Positions 19,974-30,728 of a DNA stretch of 64,000 nt are shown here, piece after piece. Below the pieces are notes generated by a model. The model did no database searches. It saw nothing but the letters and a program-made list of their open reading frames with translations, and had not been told where the DNA came from. Where the stretch lies: positions 5,824,001 through 5,888,000 of the forward strand of contig OZ240241.1 of NCBI GenBank assembly GCA_965198115.1. The letters are read 5' to 3'. The stretch comes from Candidatus Latescibacterota bacterium. GTDB lineage: Bacteria > Latescibacterota > UBA2968. Both the position numbers and the translations under genes were made by a program. Positions within the stretch are counted from its first letter, which is position 1. Every line of letters starts with the position of its first letter.

Positions 19974-20775
19974 TCAACGGTGGGTAGGACCGCCCTGGGC
20001 TGGCTGGAGCATCTCACCATCCACCACATCCGGGCGCTCGTGGACGCCAGGACGGAGCAAAATCCGCTTCTGCTGTTCGGTCAGGTCTGTGTACTCCTCT
20101 TCGTTATAGCCCCCTGGTTGAGCCACAAGATGACCGGGGCCGAATTTGTAAAGCAGAACCTTTCGCTCGTGGTCGGCCATCCAGGGCAGGGTGCCGTGGG
20201 TCAATGCTTCCGTGAAGAAGATGGCGTCGCCCGCTTTGACTTCTGGCTGGACGACGTAATGCGGCACGCGCTCGAACTTTCGAACATCTTCCGGCAGACC
20301 CGTGCGGAAATTGGTTTTGTGGCTTCCACGCACGCACGCAAACCCGCCGTCGCGTCAGACAACACGTAGGTCATCACCGATAACCCGCACTGCATCACCC
20401 CGTCCTGGTAGCGGTAGTAGTGATGGAACAGGTTGGGGAGCCCACCGTGGAGTGCGCCTCGCTTTGCCCCTGTGGTCATGAAAATGCCGTAGTCGTGGTC
20501 GAGGCGGAATCGAGGCCCCAGAAACTCGATGAGGTAGGGGAGGACCTTCGGATGATCGATCAAGTTCTGGCACGCCACATCCCAATGGGATATGCGAGGG
20601 CTCGGCGAACACCGGGATGGTTTCCCTGAATGCTGTCAGCCTCTGAATCACCATAATCTCTCGTAAATTCGCGATCGACGACCTCGAGCAGCGTATCGAT
20701 CTCGTCCTGGCTCAGGACGTCACGGATGACGAGGTAACCGTCCAGGTCGAACATGAATTTTTCTTCGGGTGTCAT
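19974..20775 (-). pseudogene. Phytanoyl-CoA dioxygenase-family gene broken by several frameshifts
   Basis: Pieces in different frames: MTPEEKFMFDLDGYLV..., LIDHPKVLPYL...LHGG..., GSHKTNF...EALTHGTLPW...RKVLLYKF. Confidence 0.8.
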
Positions 20776-20906
20776 CGGTTGCTCCTGCGCGTCCCTGTGC
20801 ATAGGTCCCTGTGCATAGCACAGAGACGAGCTCAACGCACTGTCTTAGTGGGGAAATGTAGCGCCACCCTCGCCCTCGTGCTCTGCACGAGGGCGCAGTT
20901 CCTCTA

Positions 20907-21701
20907 TCATTCAGGAGGCGCGATCGTATAGCCCTCATATGGACTGGTGTGGCCCGAATATTCGCGCTCCCCGCGAATGAGAGTCTTTTCGGGATCGTCC
21001 TTGATCACGTTCTTGACGTCGTGCGGACGATAGGCGAGCGTCAGCGCACGTCTCGAGCTGTCGGTTTCGTTGACGTCCGATCCGTGATAGCAACGGTCGA
21101 TGAACAGGAGCACGCCGCCTCTTGGCATTGGCACGGGGAGTGACCGTCGGTAGAGCTCGATTTTGCGAAACTCGCCCTTGGGTCTTCGTTCCTCTGGATC
21201 TTCCCTGCCCTGATAGCGGAAGGGTCGCTGATGGCTGCCCGGTACGATTCGGATGCACCCGTTTTCCAGGTCGGATGCTTCCAGAAAGATCGAGGCTGTG
21301 ACCAGCAGGTAGCTATAGGGTGACTCGCCGCTGTGCCACGGAACGGGGTAGGAGTTCCCGGGACGAATCATCATATGGTTGTGCTTGTTGGTTACGAGTT
21401 CGATGTTGGGTCCGAGGATGCTATCCAACGCATCCAGGATGATGGGATGCCGTGCCGTTTCGAGGTAGACAGGGTCTCGATCGAGGATCTTCGAAATCCT
21501 TCTGATATTGCCGGGGGTAATCGGTTCGTCCGTGTTTTCCCGAACGATTGGAGGAACCCCCATCTCGATCTGCTTATCCGTTGCCTCGTTCAGCCGGTCG
21601 ATGAGATCGTCCGGCAGGAGTTCGGGTATCCTGTAGAATCCGTTGTGTGTGAAGTACCAGAGATCTTCGTCCGTCAGCGACGTTGTCCTCTCTGCTGGCA
21701 T
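20907..21701 (-). CDS. Phytanoyl-CoA dioxygenase-family Fe/2OG enzyme (HxG motif)
   Basis: FTHNGF, WHSG, NGCIRIVPGSH, CYHGS, RRAL. Confidence 0.85.
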   Translation of the reverse strand: MPAERTTSLTDEDLWYFTHNGFYRIPELLPDDLIDRLNEATDKQIEMGVPPIVRENTDEPITPGNIRRISKILDRDPVYLETARHPIILDALDSILGPNIELVTNKHNHMMIRPGNSYPVPWHSGESPYSYLLVTASIFLEASDLENGCIRIVPGSHQRPFRYQGREDPEERRPKGEFRKIELYRRSLPVPMPRGGVLLFIDRCYHGSDVNETDSSRRALTLAYRPHDVKNVIKDDPEKTLIRGEREYSGHTSPYEGYTIAPPE

Positions 21702-21767
21702 TGATTTTTGTCCTTTCGCGACCTTTCCTTGGCGTCCACCTGCGTTTCAAAACCAACCGGAGAAAAC

Positions 21768-22964
21768 ATGAACCGAAGTGGCCCCTTAGCAGGCGTCAAG
21801 GTTCTCGATTTCACACACGTGCTCTCGGGGTCGTACGGCACGATGCTGCTCGGAGACCTGGGTGCGGATATCATCAAGGTCGAGCGCAAGGGGGTTGGTG
21901 ATGCCCTGCGAAGCACACCTCCGCTGAAAGACGGCCAGAGCGCCTACTTCTTCTGTACCAATCGCAACAAACGATGCCTGTCTCTCGACCTGAAGAAAAA
22001 GGGAGCCCTCGAACTGGTCAATCGCCTTGTGAAGGGCTGCGACGTGTTCGCAGAGAATTTCAGACCCGGCGTGATGGATCGGTTGGGATTGGGATACGAA
22101 GACATTCAGAAGGTCCGACCCGACATCATCTACGCCAGTCTGTCGGCTTTCGGTGAAAAGGGCCCTTATCGGGACAGACCGGGGTTCGAACTGATCATCC
22201 AGTCTCTGGTGGGGCTCGTGGGTGTGACATCCGAACCCGGCGGACGACCTGCGAAGGTTCAACCGCAGGTTGCAGATATCTGTGGGGGAATGTATCTGGC
22301 GGTCGCCATCCTGGGCGCCCTTTATCACCGCAGTCAAACCGGGAAGGGCCAGCGAGTCACGACTTCGCTGACAGAGGGTCTGTTCGCGTTGATGACGAAC
22401 TTCGTTTACCTGCATTTGATGGGCTCCCAGATTCCGGATCATCTCGGCACCCGCAACCCGATGTTGTTTCCATCTCAATCCTTCCGAACTCGCGATGGCT
22501 ACGTTTCGACGGTGGTCGTGCCGGCACATTGGGAGCGGTTCTGTCGTGCGTTGAGTAAGGTCGAGTGGATCGACCATGCAGACTACGGCGACGTGGTCTT
22601 TCGAGTTCAGCACTACGACGAAATGGAAGCGATGGTCGAGGAGGTGACGACAACCAGAGACACGTCTGACTGGGTGACCCAGTTCGAGCGGCACCAGGTG
22701 GCAGCTACCCCGATCAACGAGGTGGAGGATTTCTTCAATGACCCGCAGTTCAGCGCGTTGGAGTTGCTCACCACGGTGAATCACTCGAAAGCGGGTGACG
22801 TGCAGATCCAGACACCACCCTGGCAAATGTCTGAGACACCGTGCGAGGTAGACTTGCCTCCGCCGTCGTTGGGTGAGCATAGCGTTCAGATTCTGCTCAA
22901 GAACGGATTTTCAGAAGATGAAATCGAGTTTCTGTTGAAAGAAAACGTGATCGAGGGGGACTGA
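21768..22964 (+). CDS. Family III CoA transferase (CaiB/BaiF)
   Basis: PLAGVKVLDF, LGDLGADIIKVE, NRNKR, ENFRPGVMDRLGLGY, PPSLGEH. Confidence 0.93.
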   Translation: MNRSGPLAGVKVLDFTHVLSGSYGTMLLGDLGADIIKVERKGVGDALRSTPPLKDGQSAYFFCTNRNKRCLSLDLKKKGALELVNRLVKGCDVFAENFRPGVMDRLGLGYEDIQKVRPDIIYASLSAFGEKGPYRDRPGFELIIQSLVGLVGVTSEPGGRPAKVQPQVADICGGMYLAVAILGALYHRSQTGKGQRVTTSLTEGLFALMTNFVYLHLMGSQIPDHLGTRNPMLFPSQSFRTRDGYVSTVVVPAHWERFCRALSKVEWIDHADYGDVVFRVQHYDEMEAMVEEVTTTRDTSDWVTQFERHQVAATPINEVEDFFNDPQFSALELLTTVNHSKAGDVQIQTPPWQMSETPCEVDLPPPSLGEHSVQILLKNGFSEDEIEFLLKENVIEGD

Positions 22965-22968
22965 GCCT

Positions 22969-24904
22969 TTACCAGGCGCGATTGACTTCGTGACCGTGTC
23001 CGTGGAACCAGATCGTGTCGACGACGACGTGGAAGGCAACCCCCATCGCGAAACCCACGAGCAACCTAAAAGCAGAGGCGTTGTTTTCCTGTAAAGCTGG
23101 AGGCCTCCGACACGCATCAAGATGACTTTGAGCAGCCAGACCAAAAAGACAGAGATGACGATTCGTCTCGACACGAGGGATGCTGGGAAAGTGAATCCGA
23201 TCGGGTGGATGGGGAATCTTGGAAAGAGATAGCGGACGTAGAGCAGCCCGCTCACGAAAACTGCGCCGATCCCGAGAAACGTGATCCTCGCCCAATCCGT
23301 ACCAAGCAGTTGACCCTGAATCCGGTTAGCTGTGAACGTCCAGATGCCGACCGGACCATCGTTGTGTCCGTTGAAGCTCCGCACACCGAAGTTGTAGCTG
23401 CCGGTGACGTGATAGCCGTAGTAGAGGATGAATCCGAACACGGTGATTGCGCCGGCGAGGGCTGCGAGCATCACGGCGGGAGCGAGCGTTTTTCGGGTTC
23501 GGACGTTGATGGCCTGTCCGAGACGTGGGATGTGAGCGAGCATCGTCATACCGAACGTCTTGGCGTCGCAGTGAAAGGCGAACGTGAGGCCGAGCGCAGC
23601 GGCGCTGGCTGGGCCGAGACCGGCGATGCCGTGGACGTACCAGGTGAAAGCCTGGGCGGTGATGGGCCCTCTCAGGAAGACGAGACCGCTTTCGACGACG
23701 ATGCGGGCGAGCCCTAGATAGACGACGAGCGTACCGAACCAGAAGGTCAGCATCAGAATCCAGTCGAAGCCTGCCTGCCTCAACCAGAGCAACGTGTAGG
23801 CGCAACTTCCCAAAAGCATCCAGGTGGCCGTGCGATAGCTGAAGAGCTCCTCCGAATCGTCCAGATCGCCACGTCCGGTGATGCCTTGACGATCACCTTT
23901 TGCAGGTGGTCCCGGGCCGACCAGACCCCCCAACCGACGAACACGATCATTCCGCCGAAGTTCTGCCATCCGATGGAGGCTGCGGATGAGCACCACATAT
24001 CTGCGCCACCGATGGAAAATCCGAGTCGATTGAAGATCCCCGCTTGAACCATCGTGACTAGGTTGAAGAACCAGAGGCTGAAGAGGACGTCCGACTTGGT
24101 GAAATAGCCGAAGATGATGGTCAGGATGCTCTCTGTAAGAATGAATCCTGGGAAGCCTCGGGTGATGACGATCGTTCTCTCGAAACCCTCTTCCCTCAAG
24201 AGGGGCAGATCGGGGATGGTCGGAACGAACCAGGAAGCCACGTGCCAACAGACGATGCCGAAAACGAGCGAGAATCCTGTCCAGAAGAGCGAAGACCGCA
24301 TCGCGATGAGGAGAGTGCCTCGGGTTCCCGATGTGCCGGTCAGTTCGAGGAGGGTTCGAGCGATGGGGAAGGGCAGGCGCTCGTATTCCATCCACTGTTT
24401 GCGGAAGATCAGGCTGATCGAAAGATTGACGAGCAGTATGGCACCCAGGAACGTTCCCCACCAGAACATGGGCGTGACCCACGACGCCCACGGAATCGAC
24501 TGACCCGGGCCGAGACCTTCGTAGAACCCGGCCGTGGCGTGGGCGTCCACGATCGTCCACTCCGGCAGGCGGCTGACGATCAGCTCCGCCCAGCGATTTT
24601 CCGCCGAGGCGAAGTAGGTGGGTGCGGTGATGACGCCGAGGAAATAGCCGGAGAGCCATTCGCCCTGCATACAGGCTGCGATCATCCCCATACAGCAGAT
24701 CGTCAGAAGCTCGGACGGCGACAGGCCGCGGTCTTGTGAAAAGAGGAGGTTCAGCCCGAGGAGGATGAAAAACGGGATCAGAAGGCCGATCGAGAGTTGA
24801 GAGAAGTCAGCCCGTGACGAGTCCACGACCAGGCTGGAGTAGGCTGGCCAGAGGTTGACCCAGGACGCCATCAGCAGTCCCAGCAGGAAGGACCGACGCG
24901 TCAT
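22969..24904 (-). pseudogene. DUF6785/DUF6784-like membrane protein, copy 4, two frameshifts
   Basis: Three overlapping ORFs carry consecutive parts; frame changes near 23884 and 23065, each repaired by adding one G to a G run. Confidence 0.8.
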
Positions 24905-24958
24905 TGACCTACGTTTCGAGGGGCTCGTTCGGCGAGAAGCGGCAAAGGACCCTCGCCG

Positions 24959-25333
24959 TCACTGTAAGCTCGGAAGCGGCCAGAGCTCCTCACACTGCTT
25001 CTGTGTAAACGACGGGGACGCGGCACTCAAGTACCGTAGTGTGCACCCACTCGTGTTTCGGAGGCCGTGTTCGGATTCGGATGGAATGAAGACGCAGTCT
25101 CCCTGCTCGACCTCTTGCTCATCGCCATCCGCTGACATTACTCCACTGCCTTCGAGGATGTAGTACATCTGTTCGGGCTTGTGAGAATGGGGATGCTGGA
25201 ACCCTTCAGCCTCCATCTCCACGAGCGTGACGGTCAGATGGTCGGAACGAGATGTCCTGGCCGACACGAGCAGGAAGGATTCGATGCCGTCTCGTCGATA
25301 CCGTGGTGCTGTACCGGTTCGAAGAACAATCAT
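24959..25333 (-). CDS. Cupin domain protein
   Basis: HSHKPEQMYYILEGSG ... GDCVFIPSESEHGLRN. Confidence 0.88.
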   Translation of the reverse strand: MIVLRTGTAPRYRRDGIESFLLVSARTSRSDHLTVTLVEMEAEGFQHPHSHKPEQMYYILEGSGVMSADGDEQEVEQGDCVFIPSESEHGLRNTSGCTLRYLSAASPSFTQKQCEELWPLPSLQ

Positions 25334-25384
25334 TTGGGCTTGGCCCTTCGTGTGCGGAGGCCCAGGCTCCCCGGACGACCGACG

Positions 25385-26938
25385 TTAACGATAGTTGATG
25401 ACGAGCTCGATGGACTCGAGGCGCGGGGATCTCGTGTTCGGTTCGACGCATTTGGGCAGGGCAACCGTTATCTCGTTCGGGCCCTGCACCGCCGGAACGT
25501 CGCGGTGCACGACGGTCGTACAGCCAGGGAATTCTACCCAATGACTGTCGATCAGAGGATCCCCGTTGAGGGTCGTCGCGACTTCCTTCATCAGCCGATC
25601 GAATCCCGTAAACGCGAAGCGCAACCAGATACAGCTCAGAGCGTTGTCGTGCCTGGCCGACTCGATATCGTCTCCGACCCAGACCGTGAAGGATGCGCTA
25701 TCACCCGGATTCGTCAGATCCAGGGGCAGGGGCATCGCGCCCCCTTCTTCGCACGTCCGTCTGAGGATATCGCTCGTGACCCAGTAGCGTTTGTTCTCGC
25801 GCGCAAGAAGCGACGGGTTCCCAATTCGTTCGAGCACGCCGATCTCCGCGGGTTCGTAGGGCAGGTTTCCTCCTGCTGTGCGGTGACAATCGTAGTTGAA
25901 GAGATAGATGAAGCTTGCGCCCTGGTGCCAATAGCTCAGGGCGCCGGCGTAGAGCATATCGGGACCTGGAACGAGCGGGGTCCGCGATCCGTAGCCTCTG
26001 AACCGATGCTCGAGTCCACCTCCGATTCGGCATTCCGTTCCCCTGGCCAGATCGGCAAATCGTCTCACCTCGGCTCCCATATCCAGGTGTTGCGAATCCA
26101 TCGGAACGATCAAGTCGACCAGGTTTTCCTCGATCCAGGTCGGGGCATCGAGTCCAAGTGACAGACACCACTCCACCGTGGGCGGTACACGGGCCATCAG
26201 CGTAAGAGGACGGCCCTTCCTTTCGGAGATTGCACGCGTTCCCGACCGAACGGCACGGACGAAGTCCGTCATCAAGGGCAGACCCGCTTGCTGCTCTCCG
26301 TCTTTGAAATACCAGGGTCCTCGCTGAAAGTTCATCTCAAACCCATCGACATCGTGCTTCTCGCAGGTTTCCAGGATGAGACCTAGCTTACGTTCGCGCA
26401 CTTCCGGTCGGGCGAAATCGAAACACCAGGTGTAACCCTCCTTTGGAGGTCCGTAGGGATGGTCCCGAGGGTACGATGCGCCGATGAGCAGCTCCGGATG
26501 CTCCTTCTTGTACGTGCTGCGCAACGTGCCGAATCGAGGTGTGTCGTCCTCGTGATTGTCGTTCATCCTCAACGCCGGCCAAAATCCGAGACCCCGGTCG
26601 TGAGCCCGCTCGGCCAACAGATCGAGGATGTCGATTTCGGCATCGAGGAAGGTTCGTGTGTTGTCGGCCATCCGACGAATCCATTGAAGCGATTCGTCCT
26701 CCGGCCATTCATCCACGTTCTCGCCATAGACTTCAGCGAACTCGGATCGGTGGGAGAGCGTCTCGTCGCCCCGGCCGATGGAGTTGGTGAAGACATCCAC
26801 ACCCGTGTCCACGATTTCTTCGATGTCCCGACAGGCCTGCTCGGGTGTGATCGGTGCAGGGAAAGCGGACAGCGTGGTGCTGTCGCCATCGGAGTTATAA
26901 ATGAGGCGAGGGAAACTTTCCGTTATGCGGTCAGCCAC
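25385..26938 (-). CDS. Glycoside hydrolase-like protein (GHL10-like)
   Basis: LIYNSDG, LRMNDNH, FDFARPEVR, DVDGFEMNFQR, IYLFNY. Confidence 0.6.
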   Translation of the reverse strand: MADRITESFPRLIYNSDGDSTTLSAFPAPITPEQACRDIEEIVDTGVDVFTNSIGRGDETLSHRSEFAEVYGENVDEWPEDESLQWIRRMADNTRTFLDAEIDILDLLAERAHDRGLGFWPALRMNDNHEDDTPRFGTLRSTYKKEHPELLIGASYPRDHPYGPPKEGYTWCFDFARPEVRERKLGLILETCEKHDVDGFEMNFQRGPWYFKDGEQQAGLPLMTDFVRAVRSGTRAISERKGRPLTLMARVPPTVEWCLSLGLDAPTWIEENLVDLIVPMDSQHLDMGAEVRRFADLARGTECRIGGGLEHRFRGYGSRTPLVPGPDMLYAGALSYWHQGASFIYLFNYDCHRTAGGNLPYEPAEIGVLERIGNPSLLARENKRYWVTSDILRRTCEEGGAMPLPLDLTNPGDSASFTVWVGDDIESARHDNALSCIWLRFAFTGFDRLMKEVATTLNGDPLIDSHWVEFPGCTTVVHRDVPAVQGPNEITVALPKCVEPNTRSPRLESIELVINYR

Positions 26939-26980
26939 GGTGTTTCTCTTTGGACCTGGTCCTAGAGGCGGCGGTGAGAC

Positions 26981-27205
26981 TCAGTCGAACGACAACGGCA
27001 GGCCGATGAGCACCCACAGTGCCCACACGACTGCGAGAACCGAAGCTCGGACGATGGATGCGCGGAAGGTGGGAACCCAACGGTCGGATCGAGCGCGCCC
27101 GACCCGGACGGTGATGGACGCCAGGTCGATTTGCGTGACGATGTTCCAGCCCAGCACGGCGTAACGGTCGGGCGTCAGACCGTACTCGAACGTTCGGCTG
27201 AAACT
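26981..27205 (-). pseudogene. 3' remnant of a DUF4153-like membrane protein gene
   Basis: Manual translation SRTFEYGLTPDRYAVLGWNIV...VVWALWVLIGLPLSFD* with no start codon; YGxTPxRxAxLGxN recalled as the DUF4153 C-terminal motif. Confidence 0.5.
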
Positions 27206-27235
27206 TCTGGCAGCCTATTTCAGGGATCGAGTTGA

Positions 27236-29269
27236 TCAGTTCACGCGAACAAATATATCGCAGGCGCTTCGGATCGCTGCGGCCGGTCCGATGAAGTAGA
27301 CCTGATCTTCCTCGTCGATCGTCGTTCCGCCGCGAGGGACCACAAAGTTGTTGTCCCGAATGATGGCTGCGATCAGGCATTCTTTCGGGATTTCGAGTTC
27401 GCGGATGGGTCGACCGCTCACGTGCGCCCCTCCCGGCACGATGACATCGAGCACACTGGCGGCGCCGATCCCGAACTCGAAGAGCTGTGTCAGGCCGGGT
27501 CGGTCGAGGAGACTCTCGATCATTGCCGCGGTCGTCCAGGGCGCACTGATGGCCACGACGTCGTTCTGCTCGAGGAGTTGCGCATACTCGGGGTCCTGGA
27601 CGATGGCGATCACCTGTTCCAACCCGAGTTGTCTTGCCTGGAGCGCAACGATCACGTTGCGCCCATCGTCGTCGGATGCGGCTATGACGACGTCGATGTT
27701 TTCGACGCCGACTTGCTCGAGCAACTCTTTCTTCGTGCCGTCACCCTGGAAAATGGGTGTGTTAAAACGTTGCTCTATCTCGTCGCACAGGTCGGTGTCT
27801 TCCTCGATGAAAGTGATCTGGTGCTCCGCCGAACGGAACATCACCCGCACTTCGTCTTTCGCCAGCAGACGGTTCGCGATGCTCTGTCCCTGTGTTTTTC
27901 CGCCTACGATCAGCACGCGCATTTGCGTCCTCCTCAGTCTTGCGATCAGTAACCTCGTTCTTCCTGCAATGGCCGCTTTGATTTCGAACACTTCGGCACG
28001 GTTCTCCGCTCTCATCAGGTAAATGGCCGTTCCCAGGAGTGTCAGAGCGCCCCCGAGCACGAAACTCCTCGTCTCGAGAGCGGGGACGAAAACCCAGGTC
28101 GTGATGACCCCCACGATGGGCACGACGGGAAAATACCACGTCTCGAAGGGTCGCCTCAGATTGGGCATTTTCTTGTGTAACGGGATGACGGCGTAGTTGA
28201 TGATCCCCAGACCCATCAGGTAACCGAAGTCGCTGAGAGATGCGACGAACTTCACGATCCCGGACGAGCTGAAGACGATCACGATGGCCGCACACACGGC
28301 AAGGGCAATGTCGGGGGTCTGGTATTTGGGGTGCAATCGGGCGAAAAATTGGGGAAAATGGCGGTCCCGACCGAGGGCGAACAGAATGCGGGCGCTGGCT
28401 CCGAGTGTGACGCTGAAAGCGGACAGGCTGGCCATAATCGTCGCGACGATGGCGGCCCAGCGTCCCCAGGCGCCGAAGAGCGCATCCGCGAAGTAGATGA
28501 ACGGCACGTCGCTGTGGGCGAGCTCCTGGTAGCTGATCGTGCTCATCATCACCCCGACAACCAGGACGTAAATCGTCGTGCTGACGCCCAACGTGATCAT
28601 GATGGAACGTGGCACGTTCTTGTGCGGTTCGATGATCTCTTCGGACGCATTCGAGATGAGCTCGAACCCGACGTAGGAAATGTAAATGAGAGCCATCGCG
28701 GGGATGAATGGACGCCATCCCATCGGTGCCAGGGGCTCGAGATTCGCGGGCTCGATGTCGGTCAGACCGAGGATCGCCGCGCCGATGAGCACCGCCAGCT
28801 CCACGAGGTTCATGACGGTGATGACGATGAGGGCTTCCCTCATTCCGAGGTAGTTGACCCCGGTGAACACCACTGTGGTGATCAGGGCGATGAGGGCGAT
28901 GTTCGCGTCGGCGACGAAATACGACCGGATCGTCAGGGCGAAAATAAGCGCGTACATCGCGCAGGCGAGCGTGTTGCCGATCCAGAAGAACCAGCCGGAG
29001 AAGAACGCGATCGGACGATTCATCGTTCGGCTGGTAAAGGAGTAGCCGCCGCCGGCAAGCGGAATCGCAGCACCGAGCTCGCTGTAGTTGAGCGCGGTGA
29101 ACACCGTTATGACGCCCATTACCAGATAAACGACAATGCCGAGCGGGCCGACCATATGGGCCAGCTCGCCCGGCAGGGCGAAGATTCCCGGGCCCATCGT
29201 GGCGCCGATACCGATCATCACCGCCATAAACAGGCCGATATTTCGCTTGAAGCTGACTTCCTCTGGCAA
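27236..29269 (-). CDS. APC-family amino acid permease fused to TrkA/RCK-N and RCK-C domains
   Basis: GIGATMGPGIF, SELGAAIPLAGGGY, SYVGFE; then MRVLIVGG, QGDGT, AASDDDGRN, IIRDNNFVVPRG. Confidence 0.85.
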   Translation of the reverse strand: MPEEVSFKRNIGLFMAVMIGIGATMGPGIFALPGELAHMVGPLGIVVYLVMGVITVFTALNYSELGAAIPLAGGGYSFTSRTMNRPIAFFSGWFFWIGNTLACAMYALIFALTIRSYFVADANIALIALITTVVFTGVNYLGMREALIVITVMNLVELAVLIGAAILGLTDIEPANLEPLAPMGWRPFIPAMALIYISYVGFELISNASEEIIEPHKNVPRSIMITLGVSTTIYVLVVGVMMSTISYQELAHSDVPFIYFADALFGAWGRWAAIVATIMASLSAFSVTLGASARILFALGRDRHFPQFFARLHPKYQTPDIALAVCAAIVIVFSSSGIVKFVASLSDFGYLMGLGIINYAVIPLHKKMPNLRRPFETWYFPVVPIVGVITTWVFVPALETRSFVLGGALTLLGTAIYLMRAENRAEVFEIKAAIAGRTRLLIARLRRTQMRVLIVGGKTQGQSIANRLLAKDEVRVMFRSAEHQITFIEEDTDLCDEIEQRFNTPIFQGDGTKKELLEQVGVENIDVVIAASDDDGRNVIVALQARQLGLEQVIAIVQDPEYAQLLEQNDVVAISAPWTTAAMIESLLDRPGLTQLFEFGIGAASVLDVIVPGGAHVSGRPIRELEIPKECLIAAIIRDNNFVVPRGGTTIDEEDQVYFIGPAAAIRSACDIFVRVN

Positions 29270-29398
29270 GTCGGGGTCTCTGGATTGGTTGGATAAGGTG
29301 GTGGCGTAGTCGGGAAGAAGATAACTGTTGCGGTGGGTCCTCGCTTGGATAACACGGTGGGCAGGACCCTGCCCGAGGAGGGGCGAATCGTGCGACGC

Positions 29399-30655
29399 CT
29401 AGCGCAGCAGATCTTCTTCGAAAGGATAATGAGACAGTATTTCCATTCCGTCTTCGGTGATCAAGACCTGTTGCTCCAACTTGACGCCCTCGCGGCCCCC
29501 TACTTCGCCGATAAAGCTTTCAACGCAGATCGTCATACCCGGTAGGATCTCACCATCGTAGCCGGACTGTGGGAAATCATCTCGATGATAGAGTTGAGGG
29601 TACTCGCCGGTCATGCCCACGCCGTGGGAAGAGAGGTAGTAGCGGTGGGCAAAATACTTTTTCGGAATTTCCCACGCCGTGTCGGCGTACTCTCGAAAAC
29701 CCATCCCTGCTTTCAAGATGCCCACGTTGTGATGCACCTGTTCGTGAGCCACTTTGTAGAGTGTTCGTTGCGTCTTCGTAGGTTGATCAGGACCGGCGTG
29801 GAACGTCCGGGAGAAGTCCGAATAGTAGCCGTGGCAGCCCACCACGTCCGTGTCGAGGGCGATGAGTTCGTTCTCCCCGATCACTTTGTTCGCGGCTTCT
29901 CGAAACCAAGGGTTGGTACGATCTCCTGAGCTCATCAGCCGTGTCTCGCAGTAGTCACCATTCTGTGCGATCACCGATTGGTGAAGGACCGACCACAGCT
30001 CATTCTCTGTGATACCCGGGCGAATCGCCTCTCTCAGCTTGCCAACGGCCACCTCCGTGGCTCGCAGGGAAGCCCTTACGCATTTCATCTCTTCGTCCGA
30101 TTTGATGCTGCGTGCGATTTCGATGGGCTCCTGGGCGTCGACCAGTTTGGGACACAGATCCGCCATCGCAAGAGAAACACCCGCATTCATCCGTTCCATC
30201 CCCACGATGGTGTTTTGACCCACTAACTCATTGATCGTAGACCACATCTCCGAAGCCCAGGTCCGCTCGCGCGCGGCAATGTCGGTCCCTGCTGCTTTGA
30301 AGGTCGCCGACATTGCAGGGCGCACCTCATCGACGGTTTCATAACCCTCAGCCAAGTGTTCGCAACTCGTGAATTCGTAAAGGATGGTTCGATCCTGAGT
30401 GACGAGTAGATACCGGGCCGGTGCGTTGCGCGCACAGTAGACCTGCATATTCCTGGTGCCTGTGGTGTAACGGATGTTCACGGGACAGGACAGAACGAGT
30501 GCACCGATGTCTCGCTTCTTCATCTCATCCCGAACGCGCGCAAGACGGTAAAGTCTGACAGACTTGAGGTCGATGCCCTCACTCTCCGGTGCGCGGTCGA
30601 GCAATACGAGGTCGGAGAGATCGGTCCGGTCTGCGTGCCAATCGAGTGTGGGCAT
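29399..30655 (-). CDS. M24 metallopeptidase-fold protein, DddP-like
   Basis: YRLARVR, NIRYTTGTRNMQ, RTNPWF, LDTDVVG, DFSRT, HGVGMTGEYP, CVESFIG, GVKLEQQVL. Confidence 0.75.
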   Translation of the reverse strand: MPTLDWHADRTDLSDLVLLDRAPESEGIDLKSVRLYRLARVRDEMKKRDIGALVLSCPVNIRYTTGTRNMQVYCARNAPARYLLVTQDRTILYEFTSCEHLAEGYETVDEVRPAMSATFKAAGTDIAARERTWASEMWSTINELVGQNTIVGMERMNAGVSLAMADLCPKLVDAQEPIEIARSIKSDEEMKCVRASLRATEVAVGKLREAIRPGITENELWSVLHQSVIAQNGDYCETRLMSSGDRTNPWFREAANKVIGENELIALDTDVVGCHGYYSDFSRTFHAGPDQPTKTQRTLYKVAHEQVHHNVGILKAGMGFREYADTAWEIPKKYFAHRYYLSSHGVGMTGEYPQLYHRDDFPQSGYDGEILPGMTICVESFIGEVGGREGVKLEQQVLITEDGMEILSHYPFEEDLLR

Positions 30656-30728
30656 CGTGTCTTCCTGTCTATTTCACTCTGGGTAGGGAGGGTGGGAGCA
30701 ACTTCAATGACCTGAGGTTCCGGTTGAG

